NCBI GenBank assembly: GCA_010093605.1
Contig: MU004183.1
Coordinates: forward strand, 434,001 to 498,000
DNA length: 64,000 nt
Reading direction: 5' to 3'
DNA from: Lophium mytilinum
Taxonomy: Eukaryota
The translations under genes were made by a program, and so were the position numbers. This document shows positions 40,016 to 52,328 of the stretch, in pieces. Position 1 is the stretch's first letter. Every line of letters begins with the position of its first letter. A model generated the notes under the pieces. That model was given only the letters and a program-made list of their open reading frames with translations, was not told the origin of the DNA and did no database searches.

Positions 40016-40215
40016 AAAAAAAGTGGCGCACTCAGCAAGAGTTCTGTATCATGTAGTTGTGTGTATACCTGTCTGCCCTTGCTTGGAGTGCTTCAACAAG
40101 TTTCCACATAGCCCAAAACGAAAAGTCTCTATCCCTTTTACATTTCTAAAAGTGTATTGAAGCACCACAACCAGCGTTAGACAGGTATATATAAGGCAGA
40201 ATGCTTGCTAAGTGT
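40016..40215. mobile_element. Intergenic MITE-family copy
   Basis: Inverted arms GTATACCTGTCTGCCCTTGCTTGGAGTGCTTCAA (40063-40096) / TTGAAGCACCACAACCAGCGTTAGACAGGTATAT (40157-40190), plus outer inverted segments GCACTCAGCAAG / CTTGCTAAGTGT. Collinear with 18311-18479. Confidence 0.75.
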
Positions 40216-42267
40216 AATAATAGTCAGGTTCTAAGGTCGGGAGGGAGTTTCAACGATCTCAGCAATGGAATAGATAAGAGCTTGGATGGGCAGTTGTCCT
40301 TGACAACTAACTAAGCCAATCGAAACGTTGGACAGACGGAGAAAGAGGAACTGGGATTATAGTATCTGTTCCCTGGGGCAGTGCAAATTACTCGGTAAGA
40401 CTAGCTTGCCTCCAATATGATTTTTCGGGTTTGGGCTATGTATGTGCTCTGGAGCAGGAATCTGTATACTCGGGCACAAGCTGAAGAGGGGCAAAATGCT
40501 TATCGAAGATCGTCTTGTTAGGGGGATTGGCTGAGAAGTCTTGAGATTGCATTGCAACCAGAGCGCGTGATACTAGTAAATCGCCATAGTTAGAACTACC
40601 TAAACAGGCTCAGTAGAAGAATGTCTCGTAGATAGAATAAATTTCTACTAGTATATTCTAACCTCTTTTGGAAGACATGACATTTTGATGTGGTGCAAAT
40701 GGTGGAGAAGAAGACGGTGATAAGAGCGAAAGATAAATATGATTCAAGTGACGGGTGGACTGGGCCTAAGGTGTGAATGCGGAGATGAGCAGCGTGCTAT
40801 TATTGGTCGGTAGCGTTGACACGTGATTCCTCTAAAGCCCTTCTACCTACGATCCACTCCGTATAGTAACATCCTGAGAGTGGCTAAATACAACTCTTGA
40901 AAAGGTTTCAATCCGATAAACTCCAGTTTAGGCGCCTAAATCTATTTTGTTCTACGTGCAATCACATGATCGATCATTATCTACGCGACATCGCCGTCCT
41001 TAGATTGTCTTTCCGTCCTCCACATCATTCAACAGCATAACAACGGAGAGGCTTAAGGACGCTGTTCCATCAGCAGGTACTCTGGTTGGCTTTCCTCCCA
41101 CAAAATATACGGTTGTAGCATCGGGACAATATAATGGCATAGGTATTTTAGGTTCCCCTGTATCTCTATTCATAGGTATGTATATCCTCTTCCCTACCCA
41201 TCACTGTCCTCATCAATCAATCTCTAAACCAAATCTGGACCTCTCTCTTATACTATGTGTTGAACTTTCTCCATGTCATCTGACAGTGCGGTGACTGAGC
41301 ACCCGAGGCACGGGCGATCGTGAAGTAATATGCATCTACGGACAATCAATGCCTTAGCGTTACGAGTACTAGATACGCTTGTCTACGCCTAAGATCTAGC
41401 GCATCATAGCATTTTTGATGGGCTGAAAATGCTCTCGTGGCTCTGAGACAGGCGGTAGGAATCTAAAGTCGAAGAGAAAGGCCAACGACACGGATGAGTA
41501 AAGAGGAGCTCACACCAAAGGGGGAGGCGGCGTGGATGAGACTGACTACCCATTATCAGCATTAGCCTGAACATGTTATAGATATTGGTGAGTCTTCCGT
41601 ATGCTGTCATACGTGATTTCCTCAACAGCCTGCCCGTTTGTCCAGACTTCAATCTCTGCGGCCAAAAGAACCATAAGTCGAGCGTTTGAAGCCGGAATGT
41701 CGTTGAGTACACCAGCTTTATTCTTTGTCTTCGCCATGTGACGTGTTGTGCTGTGTTTGTACTGCTCACATCGCGACGTCTTCCCGCGAGGTGCTCGAGC
41801 GCAAAGGCCGTCGGGGCCACTTGACTCGCCCTTCAAGCAAGGGCCCTTTTCATTCGACTTCTGCTTCGTTCTATCAAGGTTGTTCTGATCAGTTTTGGTA
41901 ATTAAGCGCTTATCGATGTGGCGCCGTGTATCACGTTCGTCCAGGAGAATCTGTCAGTTGCAGTCACTCCAACGCGGTCGTGGATCTGGAACGTTCTTTG
42001 CAGCGTCTGCCACGTTGCCAGCCGTAGTTCATTCACCTTGAACAGCGCAGCTGCTCGCACTACATTGAACCCAGCGACCCTAAACTTGCTCGCAATCTGT
42101 CTACTTAAGCTTGCTCACCGACACCCAACCTTGACTTCTCCACCACACTTTCAAGTTGGCTTCACAGTCTATACTCCTACTGCCACACAGTTTCCAAGTT
42201 TATAGTTGTCACTCGCACATTTTTCATATCTCTCCACCCAGCTTCTCCTATACTTATTAGTGTCGAG

Positions 42268-44324
42268 ATGGGTTCCTTCGGACGCGGTCTCTTGAGTGGA
42301 GTCAGTGGGCTCTTCAAGCGGAGTGCTACCGCACTCGGACTCTGCTCTTCTGCGCCAACATCATCGGATCTCGGGTTCCAATACAAAGATACTGCAGCTC
42401 GTACCATTGGTGAAGTCGAATCTGACGATCCTGGCGACCCATACATTGCTCTCGGTATGCCCACTTTACTTCTTGCGACTCCTCTGTATCCCATGTCTCC
42501 ATCAAAAATGCTGATATTCCTAGATCTTCCGGACGTCAAGAATGGTTGGGGATGGGTAAACCATCTCGAGGAGAAAGGTCTGTGGGACAGCAGGAACGTT
42601 CCCCAAGGTCAGTCCAATCTGCCGACTGTCTCGACATTTCCAACCTCGACTAACATACTCACTACAGACGTCTATACCGAGGACCTTCCAGCTGGCTTCG
42701 CCACCAACCTCCAAGCCCTCATCAAGTCATCTCCTGGCATTAGCGCAGCTCGAGCTCCGGAGATGGAGATTTACAAGTGTGGCGTCGAAAAGAAGCACCT
42801 CGAGAGGGGGCGTTTCATGAGGGAACTTAACGACAACAACATGCGGGGTAAGCTTTCGCACACTCCAACGTGCGAACTAAGATCTAATCTAAGACGGCTT
42901 GCAGTTGCCAAACCCTGTGGTCCTAAGAAGTTGGCGCCCACCACGACTTGGGAAGAGAAGTATCAAGTGCTTGGTAAGTCCCTTTACAGACTCATGCGTA
43001 TATCGATTGTCCGATGCTAATATAACACTTAGTCGCCGGCCAGGTTGTCTGGGTAGGCAGAATACCAAACATCGCATTGCTGTTTGCCGGCAAAGGCTGG
43101 TCGTACAGTGTCCTTATTCACTATGCTAACAGCGTGTGCAATGAGGCTGGCCGCATCGAGCAATGCGTCAGCAGCAACCAGAAAAAGCTCATCGAGCGTT
43201 CCTACCACAAACCGTGCGATAATGGGGTTGTGATGCCCTCTATGGTATACGACGATACTGTTGGCGCTGGAAATCAAATCGTCGGTGGGGGCGAGCTACA
43301 ACTGATCGGAACCGCCACCGAAATTGAGAACACCAACCAGAACTTGGTGCGCTCGGAAGTGAGCAACTGCACAGTTCTGTTGGTGGACCGCGTCGTCGAC
43401 ACGCCGGACTCTTCTCAACATGCTACAGCATTCACTCCTCCAATCGAGAGCGAAACATGTATGTTTCCCCGCCCACCAGCACTTCTTACTTGTCCGTTCC
43501 TTAACTTATTTCCTATAGTACCCCTTCACGTTCCCGCCGAGTACAAATCCATCGACCAGGCGCCTCATAATCTCTCCAAGGCGCCCACGGTCTTGCGGGA
43601 TCACTCGTCAGACACGATGCCAAAAAACGTTCCCGTCCTCATCAGCTTCCTTCGCGACTCGGCGCTCTTGGCCGGAGGCTGGACTCTGGATAGGCTCGTA
43701 GAAGAGTCTACTTACGAAAATCTCGCGGAAGTTGTCTGTGTGGTTATTCCTCTTCTCACCGCTAGCACCTACTGTGTGTACAAAGTTACTTACTGCATTG
43801 CACGAGGACTTTTCATCTCCACCAAGTGGGTCTTGCAAAAGACATTCGCCGCCGATAGAGCGGCCGATGTCACCATCGAAGCATCATCTGCTTCTACACT
43901 CTCTATGCCGGGCCAATTCACTACCCCAGCTGGTCCCAACGACCGCGACAACTACGCTTCCTGGGCCTCGGCTTCACAGAAAATATGCTGGGGCGTCCGT
44001 AAGGGCTGCTTGGTCGCTCATAAAGTAGTTGTCGCTACTCTTTTCACGGTCAAGAACATTGTCCGCACGTGCGGGGCGTAGTGGAATGACTTTTCGTCCA
44101 CTTGCAATAGCCCCGATACCTCAAGCCACCTCCCTATCCACGACAACGAGTATCCAGTCCTGCCCGGAACTTTCCCGCAGGATGCAGTCCCTGTGCCTTC
44201 ATTGCCGCAACCACCACCCGCGAAGATGTCACCTTCAAAGGTCACGAGGATGCCATCCTCTCGCCGTCTGTCCATCTCCATGCCATCTCTATTCAGCTCC
44301 GGGCCTCTCACTTCGGTGTACTAG
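42268..44324 (+). pseudogene. Orphan multi-exon gene, possibly carrying a premature stop
   Basis: ORF 42268 splices (GTAAGT..CTAAT..TAG, ~42974-43032) into the frame of ORF 43077. That frame hits TAG at 44079-81 but stays open for 80 more codons to TAG 44322-24. Confidence 0.4.
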
Positions 44325-44665
44325 GCCAATCGCTAAAAGTATTCATGTGAGATCTGCTCTGTACGTTTCCATGGGCGTAGCGATTTATACAGCGGATCTA
44401 CGTCCTTCATCAAAAGTGCTTCATAGCGAGTGCAAAAGACCTAAAAGCCCAAAATTTTGTGGTATGTTATACGGATCTACCCATGTTGTAGATGTAGATT
44501 CTAAGGGGTTATACATTAGAGTGGTTGAAGGTGGCGGAACATTAAGAAGATAAGCGACTAATACCTACGAAATGCTACTCTGTTGATACTACAATCCTTG
44601 GTGGAGAATGCGTGTATCGTTAAGTGCTTTCCTATGCGTCCTATATTAGGCTATATATCCCTGCC

Positions 44666-45023
44666 TTTTGCGGGTCTAGATACCGATGGAAGACCCCCCC
44701 CCCGAAGGGCGTATAGATCTCTACACTAAATGTTAAATTCAAGACGTTGTAAATCACACTCTTCTAAGTGTGCATTTTCTGGGCCTAGATAACTCTTGAA
44801 GGCCCCCCTGGAGGCTGCATGATTCTGCACATCAAATGTCAAGGCCACAACGCTGTGAATCGCACTCTTACTATGATACGTTCTGCGGGTCTGGATATTT
44901 ATTGAAGACACCCCAGAAGGTTGCATGTTTCAACACAATGAATGTAAAGGTTAACACGTGGCGAATTGAACTACTTTTAGTGTGTATTTTGCAGGCCTAG
45001 ATAGCCAGGCAAGACCCCCTTAC
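44666..45023 (-). repeat. Second array of the ~106-bp tandem repeat, inverted orientation (4 units)
   Basis: TTTTGCGGGTCTAGATA...GAAGACCCCC-like units start at 44666, 44775, 44881 and 44987. Their reverse complement matches the 26973-27301 units, including spacer motifs AATGTAAAGG and GTAAATC(G/A)CA. Confidence 0.85.
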
Positions 45024-45258
45024 ACGATCACAGACATGCGCAATCAACAAAATAGAGTGTATGCAAATATGAATCTTAATTCGCCATCTACGGCCCACCC
45101 AGGCAGGCCGCTTCTATGTACCGCTGAAACCAACAGGGACATTGAAAACCGCAGAGAGCAGCCACTCTCAATGCAATACCAGCGCATCTAAACGAACGGT
45201 GAAAAGTATGAATGATGGAAAAAGAAAGGGGGAAAGTGGGCATCTGAACATAGAGTAA

Positions 45259-45885
45259 TCAATTCTCCCACCGCGACAACGCAATCGCCGCCTCTAACAT
45301 CTGTTCCTCCGTCATTTCGTCCTCGTCAGGCTCGAGTTCGTTGGCCATGATGTAGCTGGGTTGGTCCTCGGGGTGTGCCTCCAGCCATGCATCGATATCC
45401 TCTCGCTTCGGCGAATATTCATCTGGGGCCGTCAGCGGCAGCACAAACCCAAAGGTCTCCGCCATCATCTGTAGCAGCACTTCGTTCTGGGCCTCCATAG
45501 TTTCCCGTAGAGCGACAGTGGCTACAGCGGCTCGGTCGGCTATAAGGTTGGTCACTGCGGTATCGGCACTCGAGGAACGAAGTGAGGAAGTAGTTGACGA
45601 TTTCGCCAGTTTGGTATTCCGCGGGGGCGTATCGTACACATCCGCTCCTAATTGATCATTCGGTTCGCAGTAAACCCTCCTCTTCTTCGTAGCGTCTGAT
45701 ATATAACCTCCAACAAATCTGACGAAGTCCCCGTTCTCGTAGTACGCTATCGCGACACGCCCATCTGCGGTAAAGCCAACCTCGTAAGAAAACTCGCTGA
45801 CGTCAGGAGAAGAGCCCTCGGATGCGTCATAAGATACACGAGTGACAGGATCGCCTAGAAACGCATAATCGTTAACCCAAGACAT
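45259..45885 (-). CDS. Acidic ORF with a C-terminal UIM-like motif (separate gene or spliced Ubp2 extension)
   Basis: 208-aa ORF ending EDEMTEEQMLEAAIALSRWEN. Overlaps the UBP2 stop region by 14 nt. Confidence 0.55.
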   Translation of the reverse strand: MSWVNDYAFLGDPVTRVSYDASEGSSPDVSEFSYEVGFTADGRVAIAYYENGDFVRFVGGYISDATKKRRVYCEPNDQLGADVYDTPPRNTKLAKSSTTSSLRSSSADTAVTNLIADRAAVATVALRETMEAQNEVLLQMMAETFGFVLPLTAPDEYSPKREDIDAWLEAHPEDQPSYIMANELEPDEDEMTEEQMLEAAIALSRWEN

Positions 45886-48800
45886 GCTTCATGGGCAAGG
45901 GACAGAAAGGGCCGTCTGCGGGCACACCATCGATATACTCGACGTCCGCATACGAACCCTCAACTGCATCCGCCATCTCAACATCTTGAGGCATTTTTTC
46001 ATCGACCTGTGACATCTCTTGGTTAGCATGATCAGCCGTGGGAGGGAACGGAGGTGGTACCCGTGGATCCCGATTGACGGCTTCCACAAGTTCCAGCACG
46101 CTCTCCTGCTTGACGTAGACCATGCCTGTCGAGAGGCCCGGGAATTTCTCTTCCTGCTCAAAGATCTCCTTGAGGTCCTTGACCTCATCCACTGTCTCGT
46201 CGTTGTATCTGCGCCAGATGTTCTCCTTGAAGTCGTGGATGTATATGTAATAGTGTCCACCGGTCGCAGACCCGCGGTGGATGAAGACTGCTTGTAGCCT
46301 GTAAGGGTGGTCCTTTAGGTTCTCGAAATAGGAGTTGATAGTCTCGTCAATTTCTTTCATGCGCTGGACCAAAGATTCCTGGTCTTTCCGGAGGATCTCC
46401 GCCCCATGCCGAATAGATTCTGAAAGTCCAGGAGCAACGGGTATAGCGTCGACGTCTATGAGCTCATTGGCGTCTAACGCCTCAAGATCATTTAGAAATT
46501 CCGCTGTTTCCTCCACGTCGTCCGCACGACCCGTACCCAGTTCGGAGGTTTCCAGTTCCTTTTTCTGATCTTCCAAGCTCCGCCGTTCCTTATCGGTTTC
46601 CCATTTCTTGTTTCTCAGAGCTAGAAGCCCTTCGCTAGATAGGGAATTGGTTTGTTCAAGGTATCGGTCCAAATAGAGAACATCGTCCAGACGCAAGTGA
46701 GACTCGACTCGCGTGGTTTTCTTTGATTCCTTGTCGTAAGCAAGCCTTCGCACGTTGATCATCAAGATAGGCGGTAGCCGATTGATCTCGTCATATTTGA
46801 CTTTGTCCGTCCCTTCAACAGGCCCGAGGTCGAATTCATCGTCAAGAGCTCGGTAGAGATGCCTAGCGTAGTCGCCTGGGGAGGCAAAAATATTATCATG
46901 GAGTTGAAAGGTTGTGGAGGTTTCGCCATTGCCGCTTTGTACCGTTTTTATTCGAGAAAAGAACAAGCTGCGACAAGTTAGTGGGAGCTAGCATTTTGGA
47001 GGCACTTTGGGCATACTCAGTGATTTTATCCTTCTGCTCCCCGTCCTCCATGACACTATCACCCTTCATCGCACACCTCAATAGATCAAGGATGTTATTG
47101 AGAATTTCGGCGGCATCTTGCTGTTGCGCCGCGCTTTCCGCCTTCTGGAGTACAGTCTTCTCATGAGCGACTGTCTTTGGCCTTGGCGGGACTGGTGGCG
47201 GCGGATGTAATGGGGCGGCTGGCGGCTGATTCAGTGGTTCTGAGGCCGCCTGCTCCTGCTGCATATCGCCTTTGTGTTCTTCATCTTGCGATATCTCCAT
47301 AGAAGTATGTGCCGTGACTATAGGGTCCGAATCGGTCATCATCACGTCAGTCGACGATCCGGATATGGGTTGTGAAGATCCTTCGTTGCTTGCAGATGGG
47401 TTGGGTATAGGTCCGTACACGGGGCGACCCTCCATTTCGCCAAGATGACCGGTATCGTTTTCCGTGGATTGGGCATTAGAGTTGCCGTTAAGAATACCAT
47501 AGTCCGACTCATTCAGTAGGGCCAAGATGACGAGCTGTTTCTCTGGTGTTACATAGTCGCTCGGCGCAGTGATCATCACCAAGAAGAGCTTCCTCAGCTC
47601 TTGTAGGACTGTAAGACAGATTTAGCGACGTTCGAAGATAGCGTGAGATGAGACTCACATTCCTGAGCCCGCTTGACTCTCTCCAGTGTGACAACGCGCC
47701 TACCAACTTTCTTGTTCTGCATCGCCTCTGGAGTACATTCTTGCTTGTGGTCGTCAAAGTCTAGAACGATCTCTCGAAGGGGTTTGACGGTGAAGAGAAA
47801 CTGCAAGACGCTGTTGAGGTAGCAGGTGTTCCCCATATTTTTGCAACCAACAGGCCAAGAGGCCAAGGGATGCTTAGAAACAGGCTTCGTCCGCTGAGCC
47901 ATGCTGCCCTTCTCCTGCGCGATGAGCTCAAATGCTCGGTTGGCTTTTGCTGCGTCCTTGTGATCGGTGATGGCTAGATCGCGATAGACTTCTAGCGCAC
48001 TCAGATCGATGTCTCCAGACCGCTCCGCAATACCGAGAAATGAGTATGCATCGGCAATATCCATGCCGGCGTCTGCCATGGAGCCGTCCTGCAAATACCT
48101 TCGCAGACTTTCGCTGTTGCGGTGATCGGCAATGATCTCAACGGCCTTGCGAGCAATTTTCTCGTTGGCGGGGCTGTCCTGAATCTGCGCAGTAATGAGT
48201 AAATGTATGATTGCCGGCGCTGTAGGTAGATGTCTTAAGATAAGGACAGCGGTGAGAGAAAGTGAAGTGGAAGGTGAGTCAAGACGAGCGGAAGAAAAAC
48301 GCAGAAGAAACGCGTGAGTAACAAACAGCAGTGCACGGGTAAGTGCACCTGCATCAAAGCGCACCGGCAAGAGCAAAGCTGCTGCGTCACCACTGACACC
48401 GTTGTCACCACGCCGCTTAACACGTACCTTGAGAGTAAACATGGTGATCACAAACTCATCCGCCATGGTTTCGGACAGGTCAAGCCACGCAAGCGCTTGC
48501 GAATATGTCTCGATAGCTGCACGCTGGTCAGTGTGTGTACACACCACTACAAGTACAAGCGATCTAACTCACCATTCGACGCCTCCTGCAGAATCTTGGG
48601 GCTCCCTCGTGCGTAGCCAATGACACGCAGCATCTGGCGCGTCTCCTCCTCGTGCACCACGGCCATGTCCTGCATACGAGACTTGAAGGTCCCAATGATG
48701 ACGTCGTCAGACAAGAGCGATACATGCTTGGTGTCAATGTTGAAGTAAGCATAGGCGGCTGCTATCTCCTTGCGGCTCGTCTGTCCTTCCGAGGCCAGCA

Positions 48801-50225
48801 TTTGGACCTTCTCCTCCAGCATCGAGCTTTTCCTACCTATCGCTAGATCCTTGAGGCACTCGAAATAGTATGGCGAGTTGACAGGGTCAGTTCCGACCTG
48901 CCTACTGTACGCGAATAAGAGCAGCGCGTCGGAGAAGTCCCCAACTGCTCCTAAGCCGGCGTAATACCTGCAGGTGGGGATGAGCTCTCGCTCCTATAGC
49001 TTGCCTAGCGGAGAACTTACGGGTGGTCCTCCTGTCCTTTTGCGTTCTGCACTTGGGCGCGAGTCAAAGAGATCTTGCTGTCTACACCGACATGTCAGCT
49101 GCGGAACTTCTCATTATATGCCTGGGTCTTACAGTCTAAGCACCCCAGCGCTCTCTCGATTTCCGTCACCGAAGGCTTTGGAGCGTACACGCTGTTTCGA
49201 ACACCCTGTTTCTCTGATTGTGGTCTGTTCGATATGTGCACAGAGAGCTCGTGAACAGCGTCGTCGATCTTGTTGCGCAATGAATTTTCGGCCAAAGGGT
49301 CGGACGAGGGCGGCGGCTTTGGGAGATGCCAGCAGAACTCTTCGGTGGTGCCGCCGTTGTCTTCCTGTAAAGAGATTAGAATCTGAGACCCAGCGAGCGC
49401 AACCGGCGCCACCTACCATCACACTTGTAAACCCCAAGTCACGGAGCATGTCGTCACAATTTCTCCCAAATGTAACTAGAAACTTTCGATTTAGCAGCGG
49501 TATCCGACCCTTTCCTTTGGTTGGTTTCAAGGCATCGTTCAAGTAACTAGTGAGGAAGTCAAGGCCGTCCACAGGCCTCGCCATTTTGTGATCCTGACGG
49601 TCTGGGTCGATCTGTTTTGCGGATTCCAACCTCCGTCGCAGCTCGATCTTGTCTGTCATGAGGTGAATGTAATCGTCGGTAAGTCGTGGAGGATGCATCC
49701 GTATGCGCAGCTCGACGGGGCAGGCGTACGACGAGCACTGGAATCTGAAGAGCCTGGGTCCATTGAACATGCTGAGGATCTCTCGATCGAATGCGCCATC
49801 GGGTCGGTATATGAAATGGTGCAGTGGGCAGTCCGTAGTCGGGCAAGGGTTCTTTCGTACTCCATGGTCTCGAAAGTCCACCGTTACGTCGACGTGGTAT
49901 AGGCATCTCTGGCAGAAGGAGGCTACGTTGTACACAGTCTTCTCGTCTGGATCTTGTCCTGGTACCGGTAGCACACTCTGATCGTGCTTGATCATGAAGA
50001 CATGGCGACAGTTTCGCTGAGGGACGGCACGTTGGGGTGGTTGTGACGGATCATGATGCGGGGGAGGATCTGTGAGCAGATTTCGACCAGCCCGCTCCTC
50101 ATAGCGGGGATCGTAGCTAAGAAGATCTTGGAGTAGCTTCGGAGCGGTCTTGCCTAGAGAAAGACATATTGTGAGCAGACAGAACAGCTTTCAGAGCGCG
50201 CAGACGTACCAGGCGCGGACGACAT
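45872..50225 (-). CDS. UBP2: Ubiquitin carboxyl-terminal hydrolase (USP/C19 family), Ubp2-like
   Basis: N-terminus MSSAPG|KTAPKLLQDLLSYDP; Cys box GCKNMGNTCYLNSVLQF; QQDAAE; His box YRLQAVFIHRGSATGGHYYIYI; WRRYNDETV. Multiple introns. Confidence 0.88.
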
Positions 50226-50707
50226 TTCCACCGCAAAAGCAGTGGAAGAATATGCAGCGATCTATTAACGGAGGGCTTGAATGGTGGCAAGGAGGATTCT
50301 ATGGCAGAGGCAGAAGAAGAGCCGCCGCAAGAGGCGCGGGAGAGAAGGGCGTAGAATGAGGCGAGTGAATATGCGGAGGGTAGAGCATCGCAGGCTGCGA
50401 AGTTGTCGGCGACTGCGCTGGCTGGCCACGCAAGCTGAGGCAAAGGATGGAATATCACGGGGCGAAGTGCGAGGCAGAAGCTGTAAAAAGCTTCGCCATA
50501 GGGCCAGGTAGTATTTGAAAGGCGTCAGAAGCGCGTACTCGCAGCCATCTGGCGAGTCGATAGTCCCAATGTTGAAATGACATGCCAGATGCGCACGCAC
50601 CACAGAAACTGGCCCACTAGCGCGGCGGAGCTTGATGGCAGAGCCGCGCGCAACCTCAGGCCTCACCACCACTCCCATCCAGCCCGCCGCCCACTCCCGC
50701 GCCCGCC

Positions 50708-51454
50708 ATGGCTTCCGAAAGCAAGCCCTTCCATCCCCAGGATGCCATCTCTACCACCGTCCATGCGACCATGATCACCACGGGCGCCGGAGCCCTCGTT
50801 GCCGGCGTCCAGAACACCCTGGCCAAGCAGAACATCGGTGCCATGGGCATCCTCACCCGGAGCGGAGGCACAATTGCAGTCTACGGTATGGAATATGATC
50901 CGCGGGTCCAAGTGGAGCATATAATGGACGGCTAACGAGGCTTCAGCGGCGATGGGTGCCTCGTACGCTTTTGCCAAAACCGCTTCAGCCAACCTCCGCG
51001 AGAAGAACGATAGCTACAATACGGCAATTGGGGGCTTCTTTGCCGGTTCCATGATGGGTCTGAAGAGTACGAATATTCGAGGTTTGCTTAGTGGGATACA
51101 GTGCTGATGCTCCCGCAGTCCGGTCGACCCCTGCGATACTCGGATATGGCGCCTGTCTCGCGGTGGTATTGAGCGCATTTGACTACGCCGGAGGGTCCTT
51201 GACCGGCTACAGTCAAGACCCTGAAGTCGACGATGTGGCAAGAGTAGAGTTCTTGAGGAAGAACCGGAGGATACCAGTGGAGCAAACCATTGCCGAATTG
51301 GGCGAGGGTCGAGGTGCGTCAACCTTCTGTTCATTCTAGAACGACCCATCTAACAACTGCAGGAATCTATGGGCCAGGGTATGAAGAGCGAAGGCGTGAG
51401 CGACTAAAGCAGAGATATGGCGTTGACTTCACCGGTGTACCATCCGCTCACTAA
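50708..51454 (+). CDS. Complex I 21.3-kDa accessory subunit (NDUFA11/B14.7-like, Tim17 family)
   Basis: FHPQDAI...GALVAGVQNTL...ASANLREKNDSYNTAIGGFFAG...EQTIAELGEGR|GIYGPGYEERRRERL. Three introns. Confidence 0.85.
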
Positions 51455-52328
51455 ACTAGCGAGCCCAATCTCTTTCTCCAGATTCCAGACGGCTTGCACA
51501 ACTACATCGCAAACAGTAGAGCCTTCTCTGGCACTTGTACATATATCTACAAACACAGTTCAGACGTAGTTTTCATTGTTGGGTGACTTCTCAGAAGCTA
51601 GACCTCGGGGTATGGTGTCATTCTGCTGAACAGTCTTCACAAGGATTCGGCTTAAAGACATGGGGGATACAGAACGATACTCTCACAGCAACGTCGGCCT
51701 AGACACTCCTAGGCCCCGGACATGGGTGTGCCCAAAAGGAGCGTAACAGGCTGCGGCACGTGCCCTATACAGCTACTTCAATATCAACGACGAGAGTGTA
51801 GAGAATATGCAATATGACGCGCCTTCTCAGACAGCGTAGTAGGAATAAATCACTCCCGAGCTCCAATCCCACAAACCCGTCTTTGAGAGCGGCCTCTAAT
51901 CAGGTGGTGCGGACATGACGCCTGGTCGTTAGAGGCGGGGTAGATCGTCTCTCTGCATCTCCTCCCGCCGTTTGGACCCTCAAACGGAGCTTTTTCAGCA
52001 TCAATTGGCTATGGCACGTCGGACAGACGGCAGCCTCACCACAATAGGCACTTGCTCACCTTACTAGTACTACAGATCTGAAGACCTTAAATAAAAGGGC
52101 TAAGTATGACGGCCTCTCACAAATTCCCGTCTCTCAAACCACCCCACCACCCCACCACTGCCCTGGTGCTCGTCGCGTGCCCTCGTCGCGTCACCACTTC
52201 TCACCCCATAACGGCCCAGTATATGCACATTCAAGATTCACTGAGGGAAATCTCCTTTGATCTCATTCTTACTTCCGGCCTCTGGCATCTGACTGCTGTG
52301 CCTACAACTCTCTTAAATCGTTCCCAAT

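Noticed and set aside
41404..42100. Short minus-strand ORFs that might be a decayed gene
   Set aside because: No recognisable family, and interrupted by stops; I cannot support a call.
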